A stretch of DNA of 64,000 bases, taken from Phyllobates terribilis (Eukaryota). Within the stretch, counting starts at the first letter, position 1. The number at the start of each line of letters is the position of its first letter. Location of the stretch: NCBI RefSeq assembly GCF_046119375.1, contig NW_027362761.1, forward strand, positions 753,486,001-753,550,000, given 5' to 3'. The position numbers and the translations under genes were made by a program. Under the pieces are notes generated by a model, which searched no databases, was not told where the DNA came from, and was given only the letters and a program-made list of their open reading frames with translations. This document shows positions 13,933 to 27,500 of the stretch, in pieces.

Positions 13933-14275
13933 AGGGGTATTCCCATCTCCAAGATCGTATCCCAACATGCAGTAGGTGTAATATTTGCAAATACCTCCAA
14001 TTAGAAATGTATAGTTTTTCTGATTCGCGATGTCTTTCTCCTCATGTGCAGACATTGCTGGACCTTGGGTATCCATGGTTACGACCACTAATAGTGACAG
14101 CTTCTTGCTAGTGGTCGTAACCATGGATACCCAAGGTCCTGCAATACCTGCACATGAGGAAAGGGACATGGTGAATCAGAAAAACTATACTACATTTCTA
14201 ATTGGAGGTATTTTCCAATATTATTATTACACCTACTACATATTGGGATAGGATCTTGGAGATGTGAATACCCCT
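13933..14275. mobile_element. Fully palindromic Kolobok/T2-type MITE
   Basis: AGGGGTATTC...GAATACCCCT termini with TTAA TSDs (13929-13932, 14276-14279). The whole element folds back on itself around about 14090, which explains the mirror-image ORFs 13900-14169(-) and 14030-14251(+). Confidence 0.9.
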
Positions 14276-15711
14276 TTAAGTTTTTTCTCCCTAAACCTGT
14301 GTAAATGGTAGTGTAGGAGAGTCATGTGGCGGCAGTTCACTCTCCGGATCACACTGCGCTTTGTGAGCCAGAAGTTGCTTTTACTATGTATGCCTCTAGA
14401 TTGACATTAGATTTACATTATAAAAGTCACTCCTGGGTCACCCACACAGCGTAGCGTTCTCCAGGGGAGTCTGAATCACCATCACGTGACTCAGAAGAGG
14501 ATAATTATAAATTCACTTTGTGTATATAACAGTAAACTTTACATAAATCAGAAGTAGAAGGGATTTTTTATCAAGCCCTATAAGCTGTGCCCGAAGCACA
14601 CTGTATGTTTTATGACTTATGCTTGCTGATTTATTCTGTTCATCTTATGTTTTTTTGACGATACATTATTATATTCTTATTTGATACCATGCTAAAAATA
14701 AACAGAGAGCCTATCTAAATTGTATATTGTGATAATTTTATATGCATGGCATGTTTTTCTTTTGCATCATTTCATCCCTCCCCCTTCATTTTACAAGTTT
14801 TTATTACACCTTGTAAGACTGGAACACTTTTTTGTATGATCAATAAAATCCTTTTTCATAAACAATTGTATCGTTTTATTTTTGGGATCTATTTTATTTA
14901 GCATTTGTTCTAGTACCAGATATGGCCATATAACTAATGCAGCAGGCTTAAGCTTTTGATAACATACATGTTTAACCCCTTAACCCCCCAAGGTGGTTTG
15001 CACGTTAATGACCAGGCCAATTTTTACAATTTTGACCAGTGTCACTTTATGAGGTAATAACTCTGGAACGCTTCAACGGATCCCACTGATTCTGAGATTG
15101 TTTTTTCATGACATATTGTACTTCATGATAGTGGTAAAATTTCTTCAATATCACTTGCGTTTATTTGTGAAAAAAAAACAAAAATGTGCTGAAAATTTAG
15201 CAAATTTTAACTTTTATGCCCTTAAATCAGAGAGATGTCACACAAAATAGTTAATAAATAACATTTCCCTTTGGAAGTGCATTGAGGTGAAGGGTACATT
15301 GCTGGAAAAGGAAAAAAAAAAAAACTCTTTAAATCTCTTAGTTTGCGAGTGTGAACGAGCTGCGTGTGTCCGGAGCATAAGTGCGAACGAAAGTAAGTGT
15401 GTGACTTGTTTTTCAGTGACTTTGGATTCAGGGAGTTTGGAAGGGAGGACTTAGGACTGAATTGCTGACTGTATTTCATTCTTTCTTTACTTTAATTTTT
15501 ACTTAATTAATCCACCTGACCTACTTAGCTGATTCCCCCGGCCATACTTGATACTTAATTGATCCCCCGTCCATACTTAACTGATCCCCCGCCGATATCT
15601 AATTGATACACTTGCACATCCCTAATTGATCCCCGTCCATACACCTATATATAAATAATTGTGTTTTGTACTTGTGTATATATATATACTGACTGTATCC
15701 CCATATTTAGA

Positions 15712-16638
15712 ATGACGTCCATGTTGGCCGGAGCCGTGCAGTGTACATCTTGCGCAATGTATGCATTCCGTGAGCACCCGCTCGAGGATCCATACTGCTG
15801 CGAGAGATGTGAGCATATCGTGCACTTGGAAGCCCAAATTCTGGATCTAAGTGCTCAGATAGCGGTACTGAGGAGCATCGACAACATGGAACGGAGTTTG
15901 CTGCTCACCGAGCAGACACTCAATGGGTCAATACTGGGGGTGGAGCATAGAGGGGAAGTGCAGGCTGAACAGGCAGGGAGCTGGATAACAGTTAGGAGGG
16001 ATAGAGGGAAGAAGTATAGGAAGGCTGGTTCAGAACCGGCATTATTGGAGCACGACAGATCCTCTGACCGCCGGGAGAGTGTATGCTCCAGTAATGAGGG
16101 GGAGGGGGGAAGTGTAGGGCAGGCAAGACAGGTTCTGGTAGTGGGTGACTCTATTATTAGGGGGACAGACAGGGCAATCTGACACAAAGACCGGGATCGC
16201 CGAACGGTGTGCTGCCTCCCTGGCGCTCGAGTCCGGCACATCGCTGATCGGGTTGACCGGTTACTGGGTGGGGCTGGCGAAGACCCAGCGGTCATGGTCC
16301 ACATCGGCACCAATGACAAAGTGAGTGGTAGATGGAGGGTCCTTAAAAATTATTTCAGGGACCTAGGTAGGAAGCTTAGGGCAAGGACCTCCAAGGTAGT
16401 TTTCTCAGAAATACTACCAATCCCGCGAGCCACACAGGAGCGCCAACAGGAGGTTAGGAAGGTGAATAAGTGGCTAAAGAGTTGGTGCAAGGCAGAAGGG
16501 TTTGGGTTCATGGAGAACTGGGCCGACTTCGCGGTCGGCTACAGGCTCTACCGTAGGGACGGGCTGCACCTCAATGGGGAGGGTGCAGCGGTGCTGGGGA
16601 AGAAGATGGCTAATAGGTTGGAGGAGTTTTTAAACTAG
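15712..16638 (+). pseudogene. CR1 ORF1: Cys-rich zinc-finger-like N terminus, coiled coil and SGNH/GDSL esterase-like domain; premature stop at 16180
   Basis: CTSC...CERC; VLVVGDSIIRG (block I), HIGTNDK (block III), DGLHLN (block V); the frame continues after an in-frame TGA. Confidence 0.88.
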
Positions 16639-16768
16639 AGACGGGGGGGGGGGGGACCAAGGAAATAGGTGGGATGTGAGGCAAGCAAGGGGGAAGGGGA
16701 GAAATGAATATAATGAGGGTGGAGAGGGGGGTGGGGATAGTACAGTTAGATCGTTAGAGAAGAATAGG

Positions 16769-19570
16769 ATGATAAATAACCCCAAAGTTTTATCTTGCAT
16801 GCTGACCAACGCAAGAAGCCTGACCAATAAGGCGGATGAGCTGCGGGCGCTTATATCGGAGGAGAGGTATGACATCGTAGGTATGACAGAGACTTGGCTA
16901 GACGATAGCTACGACTGGGCGGTAAATTTATTAGATTATAGTTTATTTAGAAGGGACCGGAAACGGGAAAGGCGGAGGAGTCTGCTTATATGTAAAGTCA
17001 TGTCTAAAACCCAGACTAAGGGAAGATATAGGAGAAGGAGAAGAGGGGGTCGAGTCCATGTGGGTAGAGATAGAGGGGGCAAAAAATAATAATAAAATAT
17101 TACTAGGGGTCTGCTATAAGCCACCCAATATAACAGAGGAGAATGAGAATCTGCTATTAGGACAAATAGACAAAGTAGCAAAACATAATGAAGTGATTGT
17201 AATGGGGGATTTCAACTACCCGGATATTGACTGGGAAACAGAAACCTGTAAATCTCAGAAAGGAAAAAGGTTCTTGACAAATTTTAAGGATAATTATCTC
17301 TCCCAACTAGTGCAGGAACCAACGAGAGGGAAGGCTGTGTTGGACTTAATATTGACTAATAGGCCTGATAGAATAACTGAGGTACAGATAGGGGGGCACC
17401 TAGGTAATAGCGACCATAATATTATCTACTTCAAAATGCCCTTCAGTAGGGTTATCAATAAGGGAACAACAAAAACATTAAACTTTAGGAGGGCGAAGTT
17501 TGATCAGCTGAAAGAAAGCCTTCAACTTATTGACTGGGACAAAGTTCTTAATCAAAGGAATACGAATAGTAAATGGGAAACCTTCAAAAGAATTCGGAAT
17601 ACTCAGTGCGAGAGGTATATACCGTATGGGAATAAAAGGGCCAGAAATAAGAGGAAACCAATATGGTTGAACAAGAACGTAAAAGGGGCGTTAAATAGCA
17701 AAAAAGAGGCATTCAAGAGATTAAAACAGGAAAACAGTAAGGAGGCACTAATGTGTTACAAGGAAAAAACGAGAACCTGTAAAAAACAAATAAAAATAGC
17801 GAAGGAGGAAACAGAGAAACGTATTGCTAGGGAAAGTAGATCAAATCCCAAACTGTTCTTTACGTATATAAATAGTAAAAGGATTAAATCTGATAATATT
17901 GGACCGATAAAAAGTGAGGAAGGCAAAATCATAGAGAAAGATGAGGATAAAGCTAATCTATTAAATAATTTTTTTTCGACAACTTTCACAAAGGAAATCG
18001 AACTAACAGGAGAAATGAGAAGTGACAAGCTTAATCCTCCACTAAGTATGACAAATCTAACCCAAGTTGAGGTACAGAAACGCCTCAGTAACATTAAAAT
18101 AAACAAATCACCAGGACCTGATGGCATACACCCACGGGTACTAAGGGAACTAAGTAATGTGATAGACCGTTATATCTTATATTTAAGGACTCTGTTGAGA
18201 CTGGGTCTGTGCCACTTGATTGGCGACAGGCGAATGTAGTGCCAATATTCAAAAAGGGAGCGAAAAGTGACGCCGGAAACTATCGGCCGGTGAGTCTGAC
18301 GTCCGTTGTGGGCAAAATTTTTGAAAGCTTCATTAAAGAGGCAATTACGGAGCATCTTGATGCTAATAATCTTTTAATCGTGAACCAACATGGATTCATG
18401 AGGAATCGCTCCTGCCAAACAAACCTGATTGACTTCTACGAGGAGGTTAGCTCTCGAGTAGATCAGGGGGAACCAGTGGATGTCGTGTATCTCGACTTCT
18501 CAAAAGCGTTCGATAGCGTGCCACATAATAGGTTGGTATACAAAATGAGAATGATGGGGCTGGGGGAAAATGTCTGCAAGTGGGTAGCTAACTGGCTAAA
18601 GGATAGAAGGCAGAGGGTGGTTATAAATGGAATATACTCAGATTGGGTAAGCGTCACTAGTGGGGTACCACAGGGGTCTGTACTAGGCCCAATGTTATTT
18701 AATATCTTTATTAACGACATAGTCAACGGGATAAATAGTAAAATATCAATATTTGCAGATGACGCAAAGTTATGTAAAACAATTAATACAAAAGAGGACA
18801 GTGCAGACCTACAGAGGGATTTGGATAAGCTGGGTAGGTGGAGCATTAAATGGCAAATGAGGTTTAACAAGGAGAAATGTAAGGTCATACATATGGGAAG
18901 GAAAAATGGAAGTCACCAGTACTCACTGAATGGGAAATCATTGGGGAATTCAGAGATGGAGAAGGACTTGGGCATCTTGATTGATAGCAAACTAAATTGG
19001 AGTGCCCAAAGTCAGGCCGCTGCTGTAAGGGCAAACAGGGTAATGGGATGTATCAGAAGAGGTATAGCTGCAAAGGATGAGAACATTGTTCTTCCACTGT
19101 ACAAAGCACTGGTCAGACCACACTTGGAATACTGTGCTCAGTTATGGGCCCCAATATATAGAAAGGATATAAATGAGCTTGAAAAGGTACAAAGAAGGGC
19201 AACAAAATTAATAAGGGGAATGGAGGGACTGCAATACCAAGAGAGGTTGGCAAAACTAGGACTATTCAGCCTGGAAAAGAGAAGGTTGAGGGGGGACATA
19301 ATAAATGTGTACAAATATGTTAGGGGACAGTATAGAGACCTTGTCAGGGATTTGTGCAAAAGGAGGAATATTACGGTAACAAGAGGGCATTCACTAAGAC
19401 TGGAAGAGAAAAGGTTTCAGCACCAGCATAGGAAGGGGTTCTTTATGGTAAGAGCAGTGAGAATATGGAATTCACTGAGTGAGGAGACGGTAATGTCAGA
19501 TTCACTACACCAGTTCAAGCGGGGACTGGATGCATTTCTAGATACCAGGCAGATTTCAGCATATACCTAA
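16769..19570 (+). pseudogene. CR1 ORF2 (APE endonuclease + reverse transcriptase), two frameshifts (about 16970 and 18170)
   Basis: TNARSL, TETW, YKPP, MGDFNYP, LDLILTN, SDHN; RT motifs PGPDG, YRPVSLTS, LDFSKAFD, GVPQGSVLGP, FADD; split over ORFs 16676-17089, 17058-18239 and 18209-19570. Confidence 0.95.
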
Positions 19571-20398
19571 AAATAAAATAAAATAGTAGGTTGATACAGG
19601 GATTTATTCTGACTGCTGGTTTCAGAGTCGGGAGGGAATTTTTCCTCAGGTGAAGATTGGCCAAATCATTTGGGGTTTTTGTCCTCCTCTGGATCAACTT
19701 TAGCAATTACAGAACTAACAGGTCGAACTTGATGGACCCAAGTCTTTATTCGGCTTTACAAACTATGTTACTATGTTACTATTATTTCCCACATGTCTAC
19801 TTTACATCAGCACAATTTTGGAACCAAAATTTTTTTTTATTAGGGAGCTATAAGGGTTAAAAGTTGACCAGCAATTTCTCATTTTTCCAACAAAATTTAC
19901 AAAACCATTTTTTTAGGGACCACATCACATTTGAAGTCACTTTGAAGGGTCTTTGTGACAGAAAATGCCCAAAAGTAACACTATTCTAAAAACTGCACCC
20001 CTCAAGGTGCTCAAAACCACATTCAAGGACTTTAACCCTTCATGTGCTTCACATGAATTTTGGAATGTGGAAGAAAAAATGAACATTTAACTTTTTTCAC
20101 AAAAATGTTACTTTAGACCCAATTTTTTTTTTTATTTTCGCAGAGATAACGGAAAAAATGGACCCCAAAATTTGTTGTGCAATTTCCCCTGAGCACGAAG
20201 ATACCCCATATGTGGGGAAAAACTACTGTTTGGGTGCACGGAAGGGAAGGAGCGGCATTTGACTTTTGAATGTAAAATTTGCTTGAATAATTGGCGGACG
20301 CCATGTTGCTTTTGGGGAGCCCCTGATGTGCCTAAACTGTGGAAACCCCCCACAAGTGACACCATTTTGGAAACTAGACCCCTCAGGGAACTTATCTA

Positions 20399-21952
20399 CA
20401 CTGTGTGCAGAATTATTAGGCAAGTTGTATTTTAGAGGATTATTTTTATTATTGATCCACAACTATGTTCTCAATCAACCCAAAAGACTCATAAATATCC
20501 AAGCTTAATATTTTTGGAAGTTGGAGTGGTTTTTTTTTTTAGATTTGGCTATTTTAGGAGAATATCTGTTTGTGCAGGTAACTATTACTGTGCAGAATTA
20601 TTAGGCAACTTAACAAAAACCAAATATAATCCCATCTCACTTGTTTATTTTCACCAGGTAAACCAATATCAGTGCCCAAATCGTAGAAATAAACATTTCT
20701 GACATGCAAAAACAAAAAAATTAGTGATCACTATAGCCACCTTTCTTTATGATGACACTCAACAGCCTTCCATCCATAGATTCTGCAGTTGCTTGATCTG
20801 TTTTCGATCAACATTGCGTGCAGCAGCCACCACAGCCTCCCAGACACTGTTCCGAGAGGTGTACTGTTTTCCCTCCTTGTAGATCTCACATTTAATGATG
20901 GACCACAGGTTCTCTATGGGGTTCAGATCAGGTGAACAAGGGGGCCATGTCATTATTTTTTCTTCTTTTAGACCTTGACTGGCCAGCCACGCTGTGGAGT
21001 AGTTGGATGCATGTGATGGAGCATTGTCCTGCATGAAAATCATGTTTTTCTTGAACGATACCGACTTCTTCCTGTACCACTGCTTGAAGAAGTTGTCTTC
21101 CAGAAACTGGCAGTAGGTCTGGGAGTTGAGCTTCACTCCATCCTGAACCCGAAAAGGTCCCACAAGTTCATCTTTGATACCAGCCCATACCAGTACCCCA
21201 CCTCCAACTTGCTGGCATCTGAGTCGGAGTGGAGCTCTCTGCCCTTTATTGGTCCAGCCTCTGGCCCATCCATCTGGCCCATCAAGAGTCACTCTCATTT
21301 CATCAGTCCATAAAACCTTTGAAAAATCAGTCTTAAGATATTTCTTGGCCCATTCTTGACGTTTTATCTTATGTTTCTTGTTCAAAGGTGGTCGTTTTTC
21401 AGCCTTCCTTACCTTGGCCATGTCCCTGAGTATCGCACACCTTGTGCTATTTGATACTCCAGTAACGTTGCAGCTCTGATATATGGCAAAACTGGTGGCG
21501 AATGGCATCTTGGCAGCTTCACGCTTGATTTTCCTCAATTCATGGGCAGTTATTTTGCTCCTTTTTTGGCCAAAACGCTTCTTGCGACCCTGTTGGCTAT
21601 TTGCCATGAAACGCTTGATTGTTCGGTGATCACGCTTCAAAAGTTTGGAAATTTCAAGACTGCTGCATCCCTCTGCAAGACATCTCACAATTTTGGACTT
21701 TTCAGAGCCCGTCAAATCTCTCTTCTGACCCATTTTTCCAAAGGAAAGGAAGTTGCCTAATAATTAAGCACACCTTATATAGGGTGTTGATGTCATTAGA
21801 CAACACCCCTCCTCATTACAGAGATGCACATCACCAGATTTACTTAATTGGTAGTTGTCCTACTCCAAGCTGCATAGGCTTGAGAGCCAACATGTATAAA
21901 AAGTATCAAAGTGATCAAAATAGGCATTTGCCTAATAATTCTGCACGCGGTG
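20399..21952 (-). mobile_element. Full-length Tc1 transposon (1554 bp)
   Basis: TIRs CAC(T/C)G(T/C)GTGCAGAATTATTAGGCAA with TA TSDs (20397-98, 21953-54) and internal direct repeats of the TIR motif; inserted in the piggyBac-type element. Confidence 0.95.
20759..21733 (-). CDS. Tc1 DD34E transposase, nearly intact (C-terminal 1-bp frameshift, small in-frame deletion)
   Basis: 324 aa; HTH N terminus; WTDE...QDNAPSH...SPDLNPIE triad; the natural C terminus (...ESMDGRLLSVIIKKGGY) is in another frame. Confidence 0.85.
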   Translation of the reverse strand: MGQKRDLTGSEKSKIVRCLAEGCSSLEISKLLKRDHRTIKRFMANSQQGRKKRFGQKRSKITAHELRKIKREAAKMPFATSFAIYQSCNVTGVSNSTRCAILRDMAKVRKAEKRPPLNKKHKIKRQEWAKKYLKTDFSKVLWTDEMRVTLDGPDGWARGWTNKGQRAPLRLRCQQVGGGVLVWAGIKDELVGPFRVQDGVKLNSQTYCQFLEDNFFKQWYRKKSVSFKKNMIFMQDNAPSHASNYSTAWLASQGLKEEKIMTWPPCSPDLNPIENLWSIIKCEIYKEGKQYTSRNSVWEAVVAAARNVDRKQIKQLQNLWMEGC

Positions 21953-22426
21953 TAGATGTGTGGTGAGCATCCTGAACTCCCAAGTGTTTTACAGAAGTTT
22001 ATAACATGAAGCCGTGAAAATAAAAAAATCAAACTTTTTCCACAACAATGTTTTAGCCCCAATTTTTTTATTTTCACAAGGGTAAGTGGAGAAAATGGAC
22101 CCCAAAAACTTTTGCGCAATTTCTCCTGAGTACGCCAATACCCCATATGTGGGGAAAATACAGTGTTTGGGCGCACGGCAGAGTTCAGAAGGGAAGGAGC
22201 GCTGTGTGACTTTTTGAACGCAAAATTGGCTGGAATCGAGAGAGGACGCCATGTCGCGTTTGGGGAGCCCCTGATGTGCCTAAATAGTGGAAACCCCCCA
22301 CAAGTGACCCCATTTTGGAAACTACACCCCCTCAAGGATTTTATCAAGAGGTATAGTGAACATTTTGAACCCAGAGGTACAACACAATTTGATGACAACT
22401 TATTCAATATAATGACCTAATGTTAT

Positions 22427-22727
22427 TAGTCTTGAGCGCAAGTGCTCTCTACTTGAGTTTACATCGGATACTCAGGTATGCACCATGTATCGCCGGTGCT
22501 CGAGTGACATGCTCGAATCCCCACCCACATGTTTCACGGTTATTAGACACCCAGAAAACACATGCGGGGATCGCTTGTGCTTGGCAGGCAATCCCTGCAA
22601 TGTTTTTTTTTGGCCGCGAAGCATATGGGGCGGAGACTTGAGCATGTCACTTGAGAACCCGCAATACTCAGTGCATTCCCGAGCTCCCGATGCAAACTCA
22701 AGTAGCGAGCACTTGCGCTCAACACTA
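22427..22727. mobile_element. Palindromic MITE with hAT-like termini
   Basis: TAGT(C/G)TTGAGCGCAAGTGCTC.CTACTTGAGTTT.CATCGG at both ends in inverted orientation; the whole element is quasi-palindromic; no clear 8-bp TSD. Confidence 0.7.
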
Positions 22728-22741
22728 GTCGCCATATCGTC

Positions 22742-22773
<32 letters not shown>

Positions 22774-24508
22774 GAAAAAAAATCTCAACCCTAACCCTAG
22801 AGTTTATTTTTACGCCGTTCCTCTTGCGGTGTAAGTGATTAGCTGACTTTATTCTTCGGGTCGGCGTGATACCAGATTCATATCGGGTTTTTATGATTGA
22901 CAGCTGTCACACACTCAAAGACGCATTTTTTTGTTAAATCTAGTTTTTGCATCGCCATATTTTGAGAGCTATAATTTTTCCAGATTTTGGCACAGTCATG
23001 TGACGGCTCGTTTTTTGCGGGATGACTTGACGTTGTTATTGATGCCATTTTCAGGCATGTGACATTTTTTGATCGTTTTCTATTCCGATTTTTGGGAGGC
23101 AGAATAAAGAAAAACCAACAATTCAGGAATGTGTTTTTTTTTTTTTCTGTTCCGCGTGTGGTAAAATTGATAAAGCAGCTTCATTCTTCGGGTCAGTATG
23201 TTTACAGCAGTACCACATTTATATAGTTTTTCTACGTTTTTTGGCACTTTTACACAAAAGCTATTTTATAGAAAAAATTTTTTTTTTGCATTGCTTTATT
23301 CTGAGAGCTATAACTTTTTTATTTTTTGGCTGATGGTGCTGTTCGGCGGCTTGTTTTTTGCGGGACAAGATGACGTTTTCAGCGGTACCATTTTTGTTTA
23401 TATTCGTCTTTTTGATCACGTGTGATTCCATTTTGTGTTTGGCGATATGATGATAAAGCATTGTTTTTTGCTTCGTTTTTTATTTATTTTTTTTACCGGG
23501 TTCACTAAAGGGGTAAACTAGTGGGACTGTTTTATAGGTCAGGTCGTTCCGGACGCGGCGATGCCAAATATGTGTACTTTTTTTATTGTTTTTTTTTTTT
23601 TTTCCATAATATTTATTGATGGAGACATTTTTATTTTTGGTGGATTTTATTTTTTTTTCTTTATTTTTTAACACTTTTTTTTTTTACTTTTATTCTTTGT
23701 CCCACTATGGGACTTTCACTTTTTTTATTCTTTTCGCCTGTATAGCATAGGGATGGAGCACCGTCCCTGTGCTATACGGGCTGTCTGCGCTGCAGATGAT
23801 ACTTTGGTCATGCACTGCGCATGACCAAAGTATCTTCCTGCTGTTTGGTGACCCGGATGTTGTCATGACAACATCGGGTCGTCATGGCAACATCCGGGAA
23901 GCCGCGGCAGGCGGCGTTGGACGCTGGCAGGAGAGGTGAGTATCGCGATCACCTCCCCTTGCCACCACAATGCTGCGATCGACTTCGATCGCAGCATTGC
24001 GGGGGTTAATGTGCCGGGAGCGGTGCGGGACTGCTCCCAGCACATAGCACCGGGTGTCAGCTGTGACAATCAGCTGACACCCGCCGGCGATCGTGCCCCC
24101 ACAGCTTGTGTGCGGGCGCGATTGGCATGACGTACTATTCCGTACCTGGCTCTTAAGTCCCAGGGCGCAGGTACGTATTAGTACGTCTTGGGCTTTTAAG
24201 GGGTTAAGGTTACGTTCACACATTCCTGAGAGTGTTACCATATGACAGAAACGGACCAATTTTTTTTGTCAGATGTCATCCTACTTCCGTTTTTTTTTTC
24301 TCTCACTGAAGCAGGCAAGACTGCCTGTACTTCAGAGTTCCAGCAGTTTAACTGCTTCAAGAGTCAATGGATAAAAAAAAAAAGTTCAAAATGTGTCTTT
24401 AACTGTGAGAGACAGAATCCAATAAAAGAATCCAGAAAATCATTGTAGGATTTTTACATAATTAGCATTTTACAGAAATGCAAACTATTGTGGACTGACT
24501 GATAGGGC

Positions 24509-27500
24509 TAAGATAAGATAAGATAAGATATACTTTATTTATCCCGGAGGAAATTGCGGTATCACAGCAGCAGAACACAGATCTCGAACATGACACATAT
24601 GATAACATAACATTTGGAATGCTTTAGACATTGCTTTTCAGACATTTGTTAAACACCCCCATAGCTGTTGGATCAAACGATCTCCTGTATTTTTCCTTTT
24701 TACACCTTAGTTGTATTAGGGCGATTGCTGAATGTGCTCTTCTGTTTCGCAAACAGTTCATAAAGCGGGTGTGTGTTGTTGCCCATTATAGCTCTGCACT
24801 TCTTCTTAATCCTATCCTCTACCACCTCTTCAAAAGTCCCAAGCTGTAGGCCCACCGTCGCGCTAGCCTTCTTTATAAGTTTGTTGAGCTTGTTGGCGTC
24901 AGCAACACGCACACTGTTACCCCAGCAAATTATTGCCGCAAAGGTGGCACTAGCCACAATGGATTGGTAGAACACCTCAAGCATTTTGCCACACACATTA
25001 AAAGACCTTAACTTCCTTAGGAAGTACAATCTACTCATCCCCTTCTTGTAGACCTTCTCCATGTGGCACTTTCAGTCTAGCTTGCTATCCAGGTAAACCC
25101 CCAAATATTTTAAACTGTCCACCATCTCCACATCCTGACCGTCAATGGTAACAGGTAGGCATACCTTCTTGCACCTTCCATAGCTCATCACCAACTCCCT
25201 GGTTTTCTTAACATTTAGTTCTAGATGGTTAGCCTGGCACCATACTACAAAGTCCGCAACCACCCTTCTATATTCCTCTTCATCCTGGTCCTTCCCAATA
25301 CCGCCAACTATCACAGAGTCATCCGAGTACTTCTGGAGGTGACAACGGTCTGATTTATACTGAAAGTCAGCTGTGTACAATGTAAAGAGGAATGGCGACA
25401 GCACTGTTCCCTGCGGGGCTCCGACACTGCTCAGTACACTATCTGATGTAGCCGTCCCCCACCTAACAAACTGTGGCCTATCCGACAGGTAGTCAATTAT
25501 CCAATTCACAAGTCCCTCATCCACCGCCATTTTAATCAACTTTCCACGCAGTAAGAGTGGCTGTAATGTGTTGAACGCACTAGAGAAATCAAAGAACAAA
25601 GCACGCACTGTGGTTCCATCATTGTCCAAAAAGGAATGTACTGTTTGTAGCAGAGACGCTACAGCATCGTCCACCCCCAGTCCCTGCCGGTACGCAAACT
25701 GAAGAGCATCAGTATGCGCCATCACCCTCGGACACAAGTGAGCAAGTACTATTCTCTCCAAGGACTTCATCGCATGCGATGTTAAGGCCACCGGTCTATA
25801 GTCCCCCGGGGAAGCCGGGAAGGTAGTCTTGGGAACCGGCACCAGGCACGAAGTCTTCCATAGCACTGGTACTCTCTTTGATTGTAAGCTCTGGTTAAAG
25901 AGATGCTGGAAGACAGTACACAACTCATTTGCACACACTCTGAGGACACGTGGACTGAGACCGTCAGGCCCTGCTGCTTTGCCAATGGCCAGCTTACTAA
26001 ACTGGTCCCTCACGTCATTTTTGGAGACCGAGAAATGATCTATTTCACCCCCTGTTAATTTAGCTAGTTGTTCACCGGCCTCCTCCCCCTTCCCTGCTGC
26101 TACCGCACCTTTATTGCTGAATCTATTGAAGAACTCATTCATTTCATTAGCCATTCTAAGTCCACCACCCCACTGCTCCGACCTTGCCTTAAACCCAGTC
26201 ACTAGCTTCATTCCAGCCCACACCTCTCTGGAGCTCTTTTGTGCAAATTGATTTTCTAATTTAACTCACGGGCAATCTTAATTTTCCCCTTTAGGTCTCG
26301 CTGTATAATTTTCAATGCCTCCTTGTCCTTCCTTTTAAAAGCCATTTTTTTCATGTTTAGTAAATGTTTCAACTCTTATGCAAACAATAAGCCATGGATT
26401 ACAAAACACCGAATCTCTTGAACAGGTACTACTATGTCCATACAGAAGTTGATGTAATCAGTAACTCTGCCAGTAATCTCATTAACATCACAATTCTCTT
26501 TCATGGTACACAACACCTCCCAGTCTGTACAATCAAAGCAGTCTTGTAACGCCTCCTCTGCTGCTGGACACCACTTCCTTATCTTTTTAATTGTCACTGG
26601 TTGTTTGCGGACGTCTGGTTGGTAAGCAGGAGACAATAGTATGAGGTTGTGGTCAGATTTCCCCAGGGGGGGTAATGCAGCCGATGAATAAGCATTCTTA
26701 ACATTAGCAAAGAGGAGATCCAGTGTGTTGTTGTCCCGTGTAGGACATTTGACATATTGATAAAACTTTGGTATTGCAGATGAGATCTTTACTCGATTGA
26801 AATCCCCAGAAATTACAGTTAGAGAGTTTGGGTGTTTAGTCTGAAGCCGGGCCATCACCCCTGACAACACATCCCCAGCAGCCTCTGGGTTCGCACATGG
26901 TGGTATATACATCACAACTACAACAACAAGAGTGAATTCTCTAGGCAGCTAGTAAGGCCTGAGGCCCACTGCTAACAGTTCAATATTTGGACAGCAATGT
27001 TTCTCCTTAACAGTTACATGCCCCTGATTGCACCATCTGTTGTTAATGTAGAGTATCACTCCTCCACCTTTTTTCTTGCCGCGTCTAACTCTCTCTCTAT
27101 CAGCCCAAACCATTTGAAACCCTGGTACCGAGACACAGGAATCTGGGACCTCCTCATGCAGCCAGGTTTCTGTAAAGCACATGAGACTGCATTCCCTAAA
27201 CTCCTTCTGGGTCTTACTCAGAGCCAGCAGTTCATCCGACTTATTTCCCAGCGATCGTACGTTACCCATGATAATGGATGGGACCACTGGTTTAAACCTT
27301 CTCCTCCAGGACTTGATCTTCTTGCCTGCTCTGCAGCCTCTGAAAGGTCTCCTTATTTCCCGTGGAACATTCAGTATTGCCACTGCTGGAGAAGACTTTA
27401 TCCTGCGCAGTTCCAGAAGACGATCCCTAGAATACACTGCTCGTTTAGCAACAGACCTAGGGTCCACCATCCCGTCATTGTTTCCACCCGTCACACCAGT

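Larger units (their letters stand above)
15270..19783 (+). mobile_element. Full-length CR1 LINE (lineage A) with a few inactivating lesions
   Basis: 5'UTR, ORF1, APE-RT ORF2 and 3' tail (ACTATGTT)n; 7-bp TSD ATTTCCC at 15263-15269 and 19784-19790. Confidence 0.95.
14976..24203. mobile_element. Non-autonomous piggyBac-type element hosting CR1, Tc1 and MITE insertions
   Basis: TTAA|CCCCTTAA at 14972 and TTAAGGGG|TTAA at 24207. The internal module GGAAACCCCCACAAGTGAC.CCATTTTGGAAACTA.ACCCCTCA is repeated (20341, 22290). The host sequence rejoins cleanly across the nested insertions. No transposase ORF. Confidence 0.7.

Noticed and set aside
22786-22800. Telomere-like CCCTAACCCTA
   Set aside because: Only two units, inside a transposon; not an interstitial telomere.
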